NCBI GenBank assembly: GCA_964236955.1
Contig: CAXSGP010000001.1
Coordinates: 53,911-117,910, forward strand
DNA: 64,000 bases
Direction: 5' to 3'
From: an uncultured Oligoflexus sp.
GTDB lineage: Bacteria; Bdellovibrionota_B; Oligoflexia; Oligoflexales; Oligoflexaceae
The position numbers and the translations under genes are program-made. A model generated the notes under the pieces. The model was not told where the DNA came from, ran no database searches, and worked only from the letters and a program-made list of their open reading frames with translations. Below are positions 50,758-61,249 of the stretch, in pieces (positions within the stretch are counted from its first letter, which is position 1; each line of letters begins with the position of its first letter).

Positions 50758-51995
50758 GAGCCCGCCCTCGCAAAGAATGGTCGCCTTTGCTGTATCATCC
50801 CCCGGGGACGCCAGATCATGATGATAACCATGGCAAAGCCAAAGATGAGCATGCGGTAGTCGGCAAATTCACGCAAAACTTCCGGCATGAAAGTGAGAAA
50901 AAGCGCCGCGAGTATTACGCCGTACACCGATCCCAGTCCCCCGAGGACAACGATCGCGAGCACCAGAGCGGACTCGAAGAAGCTAAAGGATACCGGCGAA
51001 ACGAAACCCTGCGACGCCGCAAAAAAAACACCTGCCACCCCACCGATCGAAGCACCCATGGCGAAGGCTGAAAGTTTGGTCCACACATGGTTGAGGCCGA
51101 GCGATCGGCAGGCGATTTCATCCTCGCGCAAGGCCTCCCAGGCTCGTCCTATGGGCATTCCCCGCAATCGGCTTACGGCATAAATGGTCAGGCCGACGAC
51201 GGTCAACAGGACTAAAAAGATAAAGGCATCGAGCATTCCGCTGGAGTATTCAAGGCCCCAGGCCTCATGAAAGGGGACTCCGCCCTGGGTCGCACGGTTT
51301 TTGAATTCCCAGGCAAAAAAAGTTGGTGCCGGGGCATCGACACCATTGGGACCGCCCGTAAAAGTCATCCAGTTATTGAGGACAAGGCGGATGATTTCGC
51401 CAAATCCCAAAGTGACGATGGCGAGGTAATCACCATGCATACGCAGCACGGGAAATCCCAATATCATTCCAAATAATCCTGCCAGGACAGCTGCAAGGGG
51501 AATAGCGGCCCAAAACCCCAGACCGAGATATTGATGACCGAGAGCATAGCCGTAGGCACCGACCGCATAAAACCCTACGAATCCAAGGTCGAGCAGACCA
51601 GCAAAACCGACAACGACATTCAAACCGAGACCAAGCAGGATATAGATCAAAGCCAGGATGCCGACTGCAAGCCAGTATTTGGAGGCGAATAATGCCAGGC
51701 TTGCCAAGGCAAGATAGAGCACAAAACCGCTAAGAATAAGCTGATAGGGTTTAAGGCGTGGCGCTCTCGGGGTCGCCTCATGTCTTTGCGCGGGCACTAG
51801 CCAGCCCTCAGGCAGGAGGCCGGCCAGCAGCCGAAAGATGAGCACGGCTGCCGCGATTTGTAAAGGTACCTTAAAGCGTGTATCAAAACCGTAGCCATTC
51901 AAAACCAAGCCGGACAGCGGACCGGTGAGAATGAGGGTGACGACGGCAGCAAGGACGGACCTCAGTAAGGTCCGTGACAGACGGGGACGACTCAT
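50754..51995 (-). CDS. livM: Branched-chain amino acid ABC permease
   Basis: GLLDLG, GDYLAIVTLGFGEI, WEALREDE. Confidence 0.93.
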   Translation of the reverse strand: MSRPRLSRTLLRSVLAAVVTLILTGPLSGLVLNGYGFDTRFKVPLQIAAAVLIFRLLAGLLPEGWLVPAQRHEATPRAPRLKPYQLILSGFVLYLALASLALFASKYWLAVGILALIYILLGLGLNVVVGFAGLLDLGFVGFYAVGAYGYALGHQYLGLGFWAAIPLAAVLAGLFGMILGFPVLRMHGDYLAIVTLGFGEIIRLVLNNWMTFTGGPNGVDAPAPTFFAWEFKNRATQGGVPFHEAWGLEYSSGMLDAFIFLVLLTVVGLTIYAVSRLRGMPIGRAWEALREDEIACRSLGLNHVWTKLSAFAMGASIGGVAGVFFAASQGFVSPVSFSFFESALVLAIVVLGGLGSVYGVILAALFLTFMPEVLREFADYRMLIFGFAMVIIMIWRPRGMIQQRRPFFARAGS

Positions 51996-51999
51996 GCAT

Positions 52000-52917
52000 T
52001 CAAACCTTTTCAACCGTTGGTTTTCCCAGTAATCCACTCGGACGGAATATAAGAATTCCGACCAACAGCGCAAAAGCAAAGACATCCTTATAATCTGAAT
52101 TTACAAAACCAGAGAAAAGGGATTCGGCGAGACCAAGTAATATTCCGCCGAGCATCGCTCCCGGCAGGGAACCTATGCCCCCGAGGACTGCGGCTGTAAA
52201 GGCTTTGATACCTGTGACAAATCCTACGAAAAAATCGAAGCTGCCATAATTGAGGGTGATGAGAACCCCCGCCATGGCCGCCAGCGCCGCACCTAAGCCA
52301 AAGACCAGGGCGATGACCCGGTCGGTATCGATGCCAAGAATCTGGGCCATCTGTCTATCCTGCTGCGTGGCGCGACAGGCCCGACCCAGAGCGGTGTGCT
52401 GCACGAGAAAGTTAAGCAGCGCCATCGCCGCAATCGCGACGACGACGATGATCATCTGCATGGCGGTTATTTGAAAGAAATGATCGTCAGAGCCCATGCG
52501 CAACACGCCTTCAATCAGCGTCGGAACCCCTTGGCTTTTGGCACCCTGACTCAGCTGAACGTAGTTTTGCAGGATGAGCGAAACGCCGATAGCCGAAATT
52601 AAAGGTGCGAGGCGGTTGGCACGGCGAAGGGGCCGATAGGCAAGGCGTTCCATGGTGACTCCCAGCAGCGAGGTGAACAAAACCGCGAAGACCATAGTGA
52701 GCGCAATCAAAAGCCAGGGATTACTGATGCCCCAGTAAGCGAGCACCGCCAGTCCAATCGCGGTAAGGTAAGCGGAAACCATATAGACTTCACCGTGAGC
52801 GAAGTTGATCATCCCGATGATTCCGTAAACCATGGTATATCCGACGGCAATCAGACCATAGGTCGAACCCAGGACTAAACCGTTCACAATCTGCTGTCCA
52901 AGAACGTAGGGATCCAC
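52000..52917 (-). CDS. livH: Branched-chain amino acid ABC permease
   Basis: GYTMVYGIIGMINFAHGE, AFTAAVLGGIG. Confidence 0.94.
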   Translation of the reverse strand: MDPYVLGQQIVNGLVLGSTYGLIAVGYTMVYGIIGMINFAHGEVYMVSAYLTAIGLAVLAYWGISNPWLLIALTMVFAVLFTSLLGVTMERLAYRPLRRANRLAPLISAIGVSLILQNYVQLSQGAKSQGVPTLIEGVLRMGSDDHFFQITAMQMIIVVVAIAAMALLNFLVQHTALGRACRATQQDRQMAQILGIDTDRVIALVFGLGAALAAMAGVLITLNYGSFDFFVGFVTGIKAFTAAVLGGIGSLPGAMLGGILLGLAESLFSGFVNSDYKDVFAFALLVGILIFRPSGLLGKPTVEKV

Positions 52918-52942
52918 GCCGGCCTCTTTCTAAAAACAATGA

Positions 52943-52965
52943 GGAGCCCGAAAGGACCGGGCTCC
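52943..52965 (-). other. Intergenic hairpin between livK and livH (possible mRNA-stabilising element)
   Basis: GGAGCCCG/CGGGCTCC 8-bp stem. Confidence 0.55.
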
Positions 52966-52979
52966 GGATACAAAAGTTC

Positions 52980-54182
52980 TCAGAGCTTCTTCGCCTCTGC
53001 GTATTTGCCGGCTTTATCCCAGACGTACATAACGTAGGATGATTTTACGAGGTCCCCCTTCGGTGTCCAGTTGATTTTGCCCATGACCGTATCCGCACCA
53101 TTTTCAACCAACCATTTGGAAAGTTTGCGGCCGTCCTGCAGCTCGCCCGAGCCCTTGATCGCCGCCGCGATGGCCTGAACAGCGGCATAGGAATAAAGCG
53201 TGTAACCCTCAGGTTCATAAGCATTTTTACGGAATGACTCGACGATCGCCTTGCCCGTTGGAACATTGCGAAGGTCCGCACCGAAAGTCATGAAAGCGCC
53301 TTCGACAAATTTGACGCCGCCCGCTGCTGATAAAAAGTCGTTCGAAACGATGCCATCACCCGAGATAAAATGAGCCTTGAGTCCTTGCTCACGCATCTGT
53401 CTCAGCAATGGACCGGCTTCGGCATACAAGCCCCCAAAATATACAGTGTCGGCGTTAGCGGCTTTGATCTTGGTCACGAGGGCATTGAAATCCTTTTCGC
53501 CACGGGTCAGACCTTCATAAAGCACGGTCTCCGGCTGACCCAGAGTCTTCAAATGAGCGCGCATCGCATCGGCGAGACCTTGCCCGTAGGTATCTTTGTC
53601 GTGAATAACGGCTACTCTTTTGCCCTTGAGCGTATTGACGATAAAGTTCGCTGCTTCGACGCCTTGCTGATCGTCGCGGCCACAGGTACGCATGATCACC
53701 GAAAAGTTATTGAGTTCGCACTGCTCTTTTTTGCCTTTATCGGCGATAGCGGCACAGTCTTTTGCTTTAAAGTTTTCGTCTTCGGTCACCCGGGGATTGG
53801 TGGAGGCAGGCGTGATCATGAGTACATTATTTTCGCGATAGATGCTGGCAGCGGGAATGGTCGATGACGAGCAAAAGTGGCCCACGACAGCATTGACTTT
53901 ATCAGTATTCACGATTTTGTTTGCAACCGACTTCGCCTGGGCTGGAAGACAGGCATCATCAGCTTTGATTGCTCTCAGCATCTGACCGTTGATACCGCCG
54001 GCTTTATTGATGTCGGCAACGGCCTGCTCAGCGCCTTTCCACAGTTGAAGCCCAAAAGGTGCAGACGAACCGGTATGGGGGCCTGCAACACCGATCAGAA
54101 TCTCTTTGCCAGCGGCGTGACCGACCAGACTCCAAGACGTTAGAGCTATCGATAAAGACCAACGATGAAATCGATTCAACAT
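52980..54182 (-). CDS. livK: Branched-chain amino acid ABC substrate-binding protein
   Basis: GGING, VGHFCSSSTIPA, RDDQQG, HDKDTYGQGLA. Confidence 0.92.
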   Translation of the reverse strand: MLNRFHRWSLSIALTSWSLVGHAAGKEILIGVAGPHTGSSAPFGLQLWKGAEQAVADINKAGGINGQMLRAIKADDACLPAQAKSVANKIVNTDKVNAVVGHFCSSSTIPAASIYRENNVLMITPASTNPRVTEDENFKAKDCAAIADKGKKEQCELNNFSVIMRTCGRDDQQGVEAANFIVNTLKGKRVAVIHDKDTYGQGLADAMRAHLKTLGQPETVLYEGLTRGEKDFNALVTKIKAANADTVYFGGLYAEAGPLLRQMREQGLKAHFISGDGIVSNDFLSAAGGVKFVEGAFMTFGADLRNVPTGKAIVESFRKNAYEPEGYTLYSYAAVQAIAAAIKGSGELQDGRKLSKWLVENGADTVMGKINWTPKGDLVKSSYVMYVWDKAGKYAEAKKL

Positions 54183-54424
54183 AGTGTGTCACTCCCTGTC
54201 GCTGGTAAACGTCCCATACTCCCAGAAGCATCGACGAACGACCAACTAAGCTATTTAAAGAATTTAAAAATCTCAAAAACCAGGGTTTTTTTCTATAGAA
54301 AAGAGTGCGGACTGGGGGCGCGGATCGATCGAAAGGCGCCAAGGCCTTGACAGCAGTGATCTTGAGCAGGATCAGGAAGCCTGAAAGCTGCGGTCTCCTG
54401 GATGGGAGACCCGGCCTTTATCCT

Positions 54425-55828
54425 TTAGTGAGCGACGTTTTGGCTGCGTGATGGGTTTTCCTGCTGATAAAATATCCTAAAGGTCACGCGTCGATTATTC
54501 ATGCGTGTCACTTCCCTGGAATTATCATATTTAGCATGGGACTCACCCCAACCCACGGTCACCAGTTTTTCCGGAGGGACCAAAAATTGCTGAATCAAAA
54601 GGCGCTCAATTTTTTCGGCCCGCTGATCCGAAAGGTCAAAATTGTAGGCATCCGAACCAAGGGCGCAGGCATAGCCTTCAATGATAACACGGTCGATAGG
54701 CTTGGCTCGCAAGGCCTCAGCAAGCTGCTGCATCACGCGCTGAGCCCTGGCCTCCCGAAAATCGGTGGAGTCAAATTTAAAGAAAATATCATCGAGCTCA
54801 AGAACAACATCAGCAGGTCTGTCTAAAACTCCCGTCGACGTCAGCGTAACCAGTGATTTTGGCAGCGTTTTCACCTGCAGCGGTTCGTCTGCTTTCGAGC
54901 GGGTGTCGATAGTCCAGCGCAGTCCTAAATAAATGCGGGCATCGGCGGAGGAAACCGAATGATTGATCTCAGATCCTACGCCGGCATGGAATTCTAGGTC
55001 ATAGGGCAAAGGCTTTCGGATGCCAAGCACAGTTTCAACTATGGAGTTCTTGCGTGAGGAAAGATTGGATAGCATATGTTCCGCATAAGCACCGTAGATT
55101 TCCGCCATAAGATCGATATCCGTCCCCGGCAGATCGATAGCGAGGCCGGTTGAAGCCAACCATTGATCGCCTGCGGGATCGATCGGCAAAGAGGCTCGAA
55201 TCGTGGCATCGGCTTTGGAGTCGCGCCAGCGATGCCCGATATTCAGACTCCAATCGACAGGCCCGAGCTGCGTGCTTCCCACCAGTTCCACGCTGAAACC
55301 CGGCCAATCAACATCGCCTGTATAGGGATTATCTTTGACCCGATTGTAGTTGGCTGCACCCTGGATCGCCAATTGCAAAGAGTCGGCCTTGAGTATTTGA
55401 TATTTGCTAGCCAACCGGAGTTCGGTATTGCCCAATTGCTTGAATTCGCCGTGCGCATTTTCCTTGGCTTTGACGGTCTGAGCGACGATCGAGGGAATCG
55501 ACAGGGACAGGTCCCAATTATCGAGAACACCATATGAGATTTGAAAGTCGAGACCGGTGACGGTATCGTTTACTTTTTTACCGCGCTCGGGATCGACGTT
55601 GCTTCCATCGTTGAAATAAGGGAGGGAATTGACGGCCGTGTTCGCAAAAAGTCCCAGGCTGAAGCGCCCTTGGCCCAAGGTCCGGGCACTGCTCACAGTG
55701 ACATTGTCCCGGATACTCGGGGCCACGTTGAAATTCTGCAGATCGGAACCTATCACGTTCCCCCTGGCCTCTCGGCTGAGCAAAACGATGGATAAAATAC
55801 CGATGAATTGCTTGGCTTTGATCTTCAT
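54425..55828 (-). CDS. Outer-membrane beta-barrel with C-terminal OmpA-like domain
   Basis: IFFKFDS, IEGYAC..G...YN..LS..RA, GWGES, NRRV. Confidence 0.85.
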   Translation of the reverse strand: MKIKAKQFIGILSIVLLSREARGNVIGSDLQNFNVAPSIRDNVTVSSARTLGQGRFSLGLFANTAVNSLPYFNDGSNVDPERGKKVNDTVTGLDFQISYGVLDNWDLSLSIPSIVAQTVKAKENAHGEFKQLGNTELRLASKYQILKADSLQLAIQGAANYNRVKDNPYTGDVDWPGFSVELVGSTQLGPVDWSLNIGHRWRDSKADATIRASLPIDPAGDQWLASTGLAIDLPGTDIDLMAEIYGAYAEHMLSNLSSRKNSIVETVLGIRKPLPYDLEFHAGVGSEINHSVSSADARIYLGLRWTIDTRSKADEPLQVKTLPKSLVTLTSTGVLDRPADVVLELDDIFFKFDSTDFREARAQRVMQQLAEALRAKPIDRVIIEGYACALGSDAYNFDLSDQRAEKIERLLIQQFLVPPEKLVTVGWGESHAKYDNSREVTRMNNRRVTFRIFYQQENPSRSQNVAH

Positions 55829-55866
55829 ACATTCCCTCTGGAATCTCGGCGATTTTCAGAAAAAAC

Positions 55867-55883
55867 TGCAGGAAGGATGCCAG
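55867..55883 (-). promoter_or_regulatory. Putative sigma54 promoter
   Basis: CTGGCATCCTTCCTGCA, GG-N10-GC, about 40 nt before the ATG. Confidence 0.6.
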
Positions 55884-56063
55884 CAGAACCGAACTGGAAA
55901 ATGGTCTTATTTCTTTATAGTTTTCGAGCCTTATCAATCATTACCTAAGGGCAGTAAGTAAAAAGTTGAAAGCTTGGACATTGCACTGTCCAGGCTTTGG
56001 ACAAAAGATCGTGAAATTGGCCATGAAAACAATATTTTACCTTGGCCATTCTCTGGCGCTGCC

Positions 56064-57077
56064 CTATTTCACCATGTCGGCCACGGTTCGGCACCAGCCT
56101 TCTTCGGAATTGAGCGAAGGCACCAGAGTCAGCGATTCACCTCCCAATGCCTTCCAATCCTCAGCGGCGCGAATCTGAATTTCTTCCAGAGTCTCAAGAC
56201 AATCCGCAACAAACGCGGGACACATCACGGCCAATCGCCTGACGCCACGGTTGATCAGTATGGGTAGCTCCTGATCGGTATAGGGTTGAATCCAAGTCGC
56301 CCGGCCAAGCCGCGATTGAAAGGAAAGGCTCGAATCCTCCATCGTCCGACCCATCGCTTTTTGCAAAGCGTAGGTTGTCGCAAAACATTGCGCGCGGTAG
56401 CAGAGTCGATTGACGCTGCTCATCTTAAAGCAGCAATCGGGAGTTTTGAGGCAATGCTGACCCGATCGATCGGCGCTTTGCATCTGGTGCTCAGGCAGCC
56501 CATGATAGCTATAGAGCACATGATCGGCTTTGAAATTCGCGAGGTGTTTGATGGCCACGTCGGCAAAAGCGGCGATAAACCCTGGGTGATCGTAGAAATC
56601 GCCAATAACCTTGAGTTCGGGAAAAGCGATTTCCTTGCTTAAGACGCGCATCAACTCCTCGAAACTAGAGGCGGTACTGGCTCCCGCGAATTGGGGATAA
56701 AGCGGCAACGCATGAATCCTATCCACCCCGCTGTCGAGCAGGGCCTTGACTTCATTTTTAATAGAAGGGCTTTGATAGCGCATCGCGACCCGAACATGAT
56801 AGGCATCCCCTAAAATCTCCTGAACGCGCTTGGCAAGATCACGTCCCGCTTGGACAAGGGGTGAGCCCTGTGCCGTCCATATTTTTTGATAAGCATGGGC
56901 TGATTTTGGGGACCGAAAGACTGAAATATACCCGTAGACCAAAAGCCAACGCGGCACAGGAGGAATATCAATCACCCGTGCATCGCAAAGGAATTCTCGC
57001 AGGTAACGTCTCACCGAGGCCGTGTCGGGGCCATCGGGACTGCCGAGATTGATAAGGAGGACGCCTGTTTTTGCCAT
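56064..57077 (-). CDS. hemH: Ferrochelatase
   Basis: NLGSP, GSPL, YHGLP, FQSR, DCLETLEEI. Confidence 0.96.
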   Translation of the reverse strand: MAKTGVLLINLGSPDGPDTASVRRYLREFLCDARVIDIPPVPRWLLVYGYISVFRSPKSAHAYQKIWTAQGSPLVQAGRDLAKRVQEILGDAYHVRVAMRYQSPSIKNEVKALLDSGVDRIHALPLYPQFAGASTASSFEELMRVLSKEIAFPELKVIGDFYDHPGFIAAFADVAIKHLANFKADHVLYSYHGLPEHQMQSADRSGQHCLKTPDCCFKMSSVNRLCYRAQCFATTYALQKAMGRTMEDSSLSFQSRLGRATWIQPYTDQELPILINRGVRRLAVMCPAFVADCLETLEEIQIRAAEDWKALGGESLTLVPSLNSEEGWCRTVADMVK

Positions 57078-57170
57078 GATCGATCCTTTAAGTCACTTTG
57101 AACGACTGAACCCAGATTGGCTTCTTTATAGTTTTATGCTTTTATGATGCTTTGTCACAAAGGTTTTTCC

Positions 57171-58091
57171 ATGCCCCTTACCAGTATTCTAGCCCTAGTC
57201 GGGCTAATTGTCGGCCTATGGATGGAACAACAGGGCTATACGAAAGCGGCCATGAGTCGCCTCGTTTCAAAAGCGTTGGTTCTTTGGGTTTACCCTTGTC
57301 TGATTTTTTCATCGTTGCTCCTCCGTTTGACCTGGCCTGAGGTAAAGGCGCTTTATCTCCTGCCCCTGCTGATCTTTCTTCTCTGCGCTTTCGGGTATAT
57401 CGTTGGCAAACTGAGTTTAACCTGTGCCCTCTTAAAGCAAAATCCAACGCGGCGAAGCTATGTATTTTTGGCAATAATGCCAAATTACTCATACCTACCT
57501 CTTGTTATTTCTCAAGCCCTTTGGGGAGACAAAGCTTTAGCGTTGGTGGCAATTGCCTCCGTCGGCGCTGACGCATTTCTTTGGACCTGGGCTTATCCAG
57601 AAATTTCCGGCCACTGGGACTGGAAGAAAATTTTCAGTCCGGCACTGTTGACCCTGGGACTTGCCGCGCTGCTGCTCTGCTTCGAATGGAAAAGTCATCA
57701 GGAGCCTTGGCTGAGCATCCTGACGATTTTAAGCTGGATAGGCAAAGGAACCTTGCCTCTCTCCATGTATATCCTCGGCACCTTCCTCGCGAAGGCAAAT
57801 CGGACAGTAGGGGATAAAAGGGCCCATGGTCTCCTTCTCGGTTGGAGGCTCGTCCTCTCTCCTCTACTCATGTTCCTATTCCTCGTGAAGGGAGGAACAG
57901 GGCTGCCGTTTGTTGCTCAGGCCGTGCTGCTCCTTATCGCGTCTATGCCAAGTGCCATCATTTCTGTGGTCCTTGCCGATCTTCATGCTGCGGATGCCGA
58001 GTTCGCAGCCACTCAAATCTTTTTGGGACATGGGCTCGCCGCCCTGACCGCTGCAGCCTGGCAAATGGCTCTCTATACCTTCGTCCATTAA
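57171..58091 (+). CDS. AEC-family transporter
   Basis: Multi-TM; PCLIF, PNYSYLPL, SMPSA. Confidence 0.8.
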   Translation: MPLTSILALVGLIVGLWMEQQGYTKAAMSRLVSKALVLWVYPCLIFSSLLLRLTWPEVKALYLLPLLIFLLCAFGYIVGKLSLTCALLKQNPTRRSYVFLAIMPNYSYLPLVISQALWGDKALALVAIASVGADAFLWTWAYPEISGHWDWKKIFSPALLTLGLAALLLCFEWKSHQEPWLSILTILSWIGKGTLPLSMYILGTFLAKANRTVGDKRAHGLLLGWRLVLSPLLMFLFLVKGGTGLPFVAQAVLLLIASMPSAIISVVLADLHAADAEFAATQIFLGHGLAALTAAAWQMALYTFVH

Positions 58092-58138
58092 ATATTTTAG
58101 CCGGGGAGGAACTTAGTTGAAAAAGGTGAGCCTTAGGG

Positions 58139-59038
58139 CTAGGGCGTGATCTGTTCTGTTGGCAGGCGGCGCTCCCTGGGCTGCCGGCGGTCAGCAGCGG
58201 GATTGGTTTGAACACCATCGGTCGGCCGATGCATGGATTCCTCTAGACCCACGATAAGCAGAAGCACCAAAGGGACGACCAGCGCATAATCCCGGTAAAG
58301 CAAAAAACCAAGCGTCCCTATCACAGCACCCGAACTAAAGGATATGAGTAAAAAACCATGAAAGAGGAAACGACCGACGCCAAGCCTATGGATAAAAACT
58401 CCGCTCGCGGCTGTGATACGAGGGAGAAGATCGCTTCGATCTGTCAGAAAAGCAGTCAAGCCCATCCTTAGCGCACCACCGAGTTCCGCTCCAAAATCAG
58501 TCGCCACTCCTGTTATGTGGGTAGTCCGAACGATTGCCCCGGAAGCAAACCTGAACATTGCATTCTGCATGCCCATGGCGATGGCCAGGATAAATGTCAA
58601 ATGGGAAAAATAGGACGAATGATACCTGTGAGTTTCAAAGAGGACGGCGCTGACCATATAGGTGAGGATAAGGGCAAATTCAATAAAGATGGGCACTGTA
58701 TATTTTACCTGCGAGGAAGCTGCCGTCTGGCCCTTCAAGAGAAAAGCTGTGATGCCTGCCCCAAAGATAAAGGCGATAAATTCTATGAGGAAGAGAAAGG
58801 CTGACTTCATGTCGCCTTCGGCATAATGGATGGCAGCCCGCGTTGCATGGCCAGAGACATGCGAGACATAGGTACCGAAATGTATAAAAGCCATGGAGTT
58901 GACGTGACCGGCGACAAAGGCCAAAAGCGTTCCAAGCTGCACGTTGTCGCGAAAGAGTCGTCGCGTGGAGCGGGCCACTTTACTGGGCCTGGGAATGTGA
59001 CGGAAGTTGACGCGAACGACTTTCATGGACTTACTCAT
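58139..59038 (-). CDS. YoaK/DUF1275 membrane protein
   Basis: AGHVN, VSHVSG, MGMQNA, RTTHITG. Confidence 0.88.
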   Translation of the reverse strand: MSKSMKVVRVNFRHIPRPSKVARSTRRLFRDNVQLGTLLAFVAGHVNSMAFIHFGTYVSHVSGHATRAAIHYAEGDMKSAFLFLIEFIAFIFGAGITAFLLKGQTAASSQVKYTVPIFIEFALILTYMVSAVLFETHRYHSSYFSHLTFILAIAMGMQNAMFRFASGAIVRTTHITGVATDFGAELGGALRMGLTAFLTDRSDLLPRITAASGVFIHRLGVGRFLFHGFLLISFSSGAVIGTLGFLLYRDYALVVPLVLLLIVGLEESMHRPTDGVQTNPAADRRQPRERRLPTEQITP

Positions 59039-59315
59039 GGCGAAGTGGCGACCGCGGCAATGGGCCTTTTCCCATTATGAGCCAAGACCTGGATCTTGTC
59101 ATCGGGGTCCGATCCGGCTGTAGAGTTTTAAGCAACCAGCAGACGCAAACCCCGCCCCACGTCCTGAACTTCAGCAATTAAGCACAAGTCCAGGCGTGGC
59201 AAGAGCGGCCCTAGGACGCTAAAGAGCGGAACATCGCATAGAGGCTAAACAGTAGAAAAACGACGAGTACCACTTTCTTTGCATATTTTTTGATATAGTA
59301 TCTTTGCATAGGGCC

Positions 59316-59753
59316 CTACTGAATGCAGGTGTTGCGATAAATAATTTTGGCCGCTTGGATTTCGATCTCTATATTATAGCTCACCTGCCCAACCCTATGG
59401 GTTGGAATTTTCCAGACAGCATAGAGTCGGCTGTCGCCTTCGGGATTTGCCGGCGGGCTTGCCAGCGGCCGGATATATTCAAGCGTTTGGGAGTTAAGAG
59501 TCAGCTCGTCATTGCTGGCAAACGCAAAAGGCAGCACCCCATTTTCGATGTTTATCTCACATCCTTCTATCGTGTGACTGCGCACAATGGGTTCGGCATC
59601 AAAAACCTGAATCGACTGGGCCTTGGCTTCGATCGTGATGCTGGCACTCACGGAAACTGTATCGTGCGCCGGATCGTAGACATTCGAATCAGGACCACAG
59701 GCGGTCAGAATGAAGAAGGACAATGAAAGGGCGGGTCCAAGAACTTTTTTCAC
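59316..59753 (-). CDS. Hypothetical lipoprotein
   Basis: GTG start, lipobox LTAC. Confidence 0.65.
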   Translation of the reverse strand: MKKVLGPALSLSFFILTACGPDSNVYDPAHDTVSVSASITIEAKAQSIQVFDAEPIVRSHTIEGCEINIENGVLPFAFASNDELTLNSQTLEYIRPLASPPANPEGDSRLYAVWKIPTHRVGQVSYNIEIEIQAAKIIYRNTCIQ

Positions 59754-59806
59754 GCGCGACTCCAGGGTTGGCGATTGACTCCCTCTTATACAGGACTTAG
59801 GGCCAG

Positions 59807-61096
59807 TTATGAACCACAAGCTCGCGGCGAGAAATCCTCCTCAGTAAAGCCATCCCTATCATCCATCGTATCGATGCTATTGATCGAAGAGAACGGATCG
59901 TCCTCTCCATTGATTTTACTGTCGTTCAACCTTTTGAGCTTGATCGTGCCACAGTCGGCATTATGCCGGGCCTTGGTATTGGTCGGATCGAGGGCGACCG
60001 CTTTCTCAAAAGCGGCAATTGCAAGTTTGCCCTTGCCCCACTTCCAGAGGCCGATGCCCATGTTAAAAAACACCCGTGACAGGAGATAGGGGTAATCGAC
60101 AAGATAGGCAAGCGCCGCCCTATAGAGGCTTATGCCTTTTTGAAAATGACCGGCCCGCACGGCGACGATAGCAGCCCCGTTAAAAACTGAGGCAAACTCA
60201 AAGGGATCCTGAAGCTGCCTCGCAATTTTGATCATTTCATTGGCATCATTCAGCAGCAACTCACATTGCGCCTCTCCCAGGCGCGCTTCCTGGAGCTCTG
60301 GCTCAAGGGCAAGGACCTCGCGAAACGAACCCAGAGCTTCAGCGAGCTGATACTGATCGAGAAAGACCTGCCCAAGCTCACACATGCGTTCGGCATTAAA
60401 GGGCGAAAGGATCGAGGCCTGTTCCAGATAGTAACGGGCTTTGGAATAATCGCTTTTTTTCATAAAACATCGCGCAAGAAGGTGCTTGGCCCGCGTATCG
60501 AAGGGATAGCGCGCAACGATTCCTATAAGGTGTTTTTCCGCGTCTCCCCAAAGATCGAGTTCACAGAGTGAGGAGCCCAGTTCGTTGGCGGCCTGGAGGT
60601 TTTCCGGTTCGGCCCGGCAAAGGGATAGAAGCAGATCCCGGGCCTCGTCTTTTTTGTGGCTTTTTCTCGCCTTGATCACCTGGCTGTAGATTTTAAGTTC
60701 AAAGGGGCTTCTCTGGCCGTAGCGGGTGATTTCAATGAAATTGAGTTGGATTTGAGGCCCCGAAATGTCTCCGACGTGCAGCTGCAAAATATTGTATTCA
60801 ACGGCTAGGGCGAGAATTTTTTCGCTTGGACTGTAGGGGATAAGATAGATAGGCCGTGTATCCATTCGGAAGGGGCCTTGGGCGGCGCGCAGCACGCGAA
60901 TCAGCTCCCGCTCCTCCTGCTCGGTATCGGTGATGAGCAGCGCGCTCGGATCTTTTCCCAGCGCGGCGATGCAGGCCATGCTGGAGTTACATTCGATAAA
61001 ATCGGAAATGCCACGCGATTTCAATTCATTGCTGACCAGCATGCGCGCGTTTGGTCGACTAATAAAGACTATGGCCGATTTCAATTCAGTTCCCAC
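59807..61096 (-). CDS. TPR protein with degenerate receiver-like N-terminal domain
   Basis: N-terminal alpha/beta domain without a clear acidic pocket; several TPRs. Confidence 0.75.
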   Translation of the reverse strand: MGTELKSAIVFISRPNARMLVSNELKSRGISDFIECNSSMACIAALGKDPSALLITDTEQEERELIRVLRAAQGPFRMDTRPIYLIPYSPSEKILALAVEYNILQLHVGDISGPQIQLNFIEITRYGQRSPFELKIYSQVIKARKSHKKDEARDLLLSLCRAEPENLQAANELGSSLCELDLWGDAEKHLIGIVARYPFDTRAKHLLARCFMKKSDYSKARYYLEQASILSPFNAERMCELGQVFLDQYQLAEALGSFREVLALEPELQEARLGEAQCELLLNDANEMIKIARQLQDPFEFASVFNGAAIVAVRAGHFQKGISLYRAALAYLVDYPYLLSRVFFNMGIGLWKWGKGKLAIAAFEKAVALDPTNTKARHNADCGTIKLKRLNDSKINGEDDPFSSINSIDTMDDRDGFTEEDFSPRACGS

Positions 61097-61177
61097 AAGG
61101 CCTCACTCCTAATGCCCCATTTACCGGCCTACACATCTTGGAATGTGGAGAAACCTGGAAATATGGGATCATTAATG

Positions 61178-61204
61178 AAGTCGGCCCCTATGGGAAAAAC
61201 CTTA
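61178..61204 (-). promoter_or_regulatory. Putative sigma28/FliA-type promoter
   Basis: TAAGG-N14-GCCGACTT. Confidence 0.45.
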
Positions 61205-61249
61205 GGTAGCAGGGATTGGGGTAAGAATACAGGTCCTTATCGACATTCA

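Noticed and set aside
59039..59315. Leader of the DUF1275 gene with short hairpins
   Set aside because: No riboswitch consensus; hairpins too short to call.
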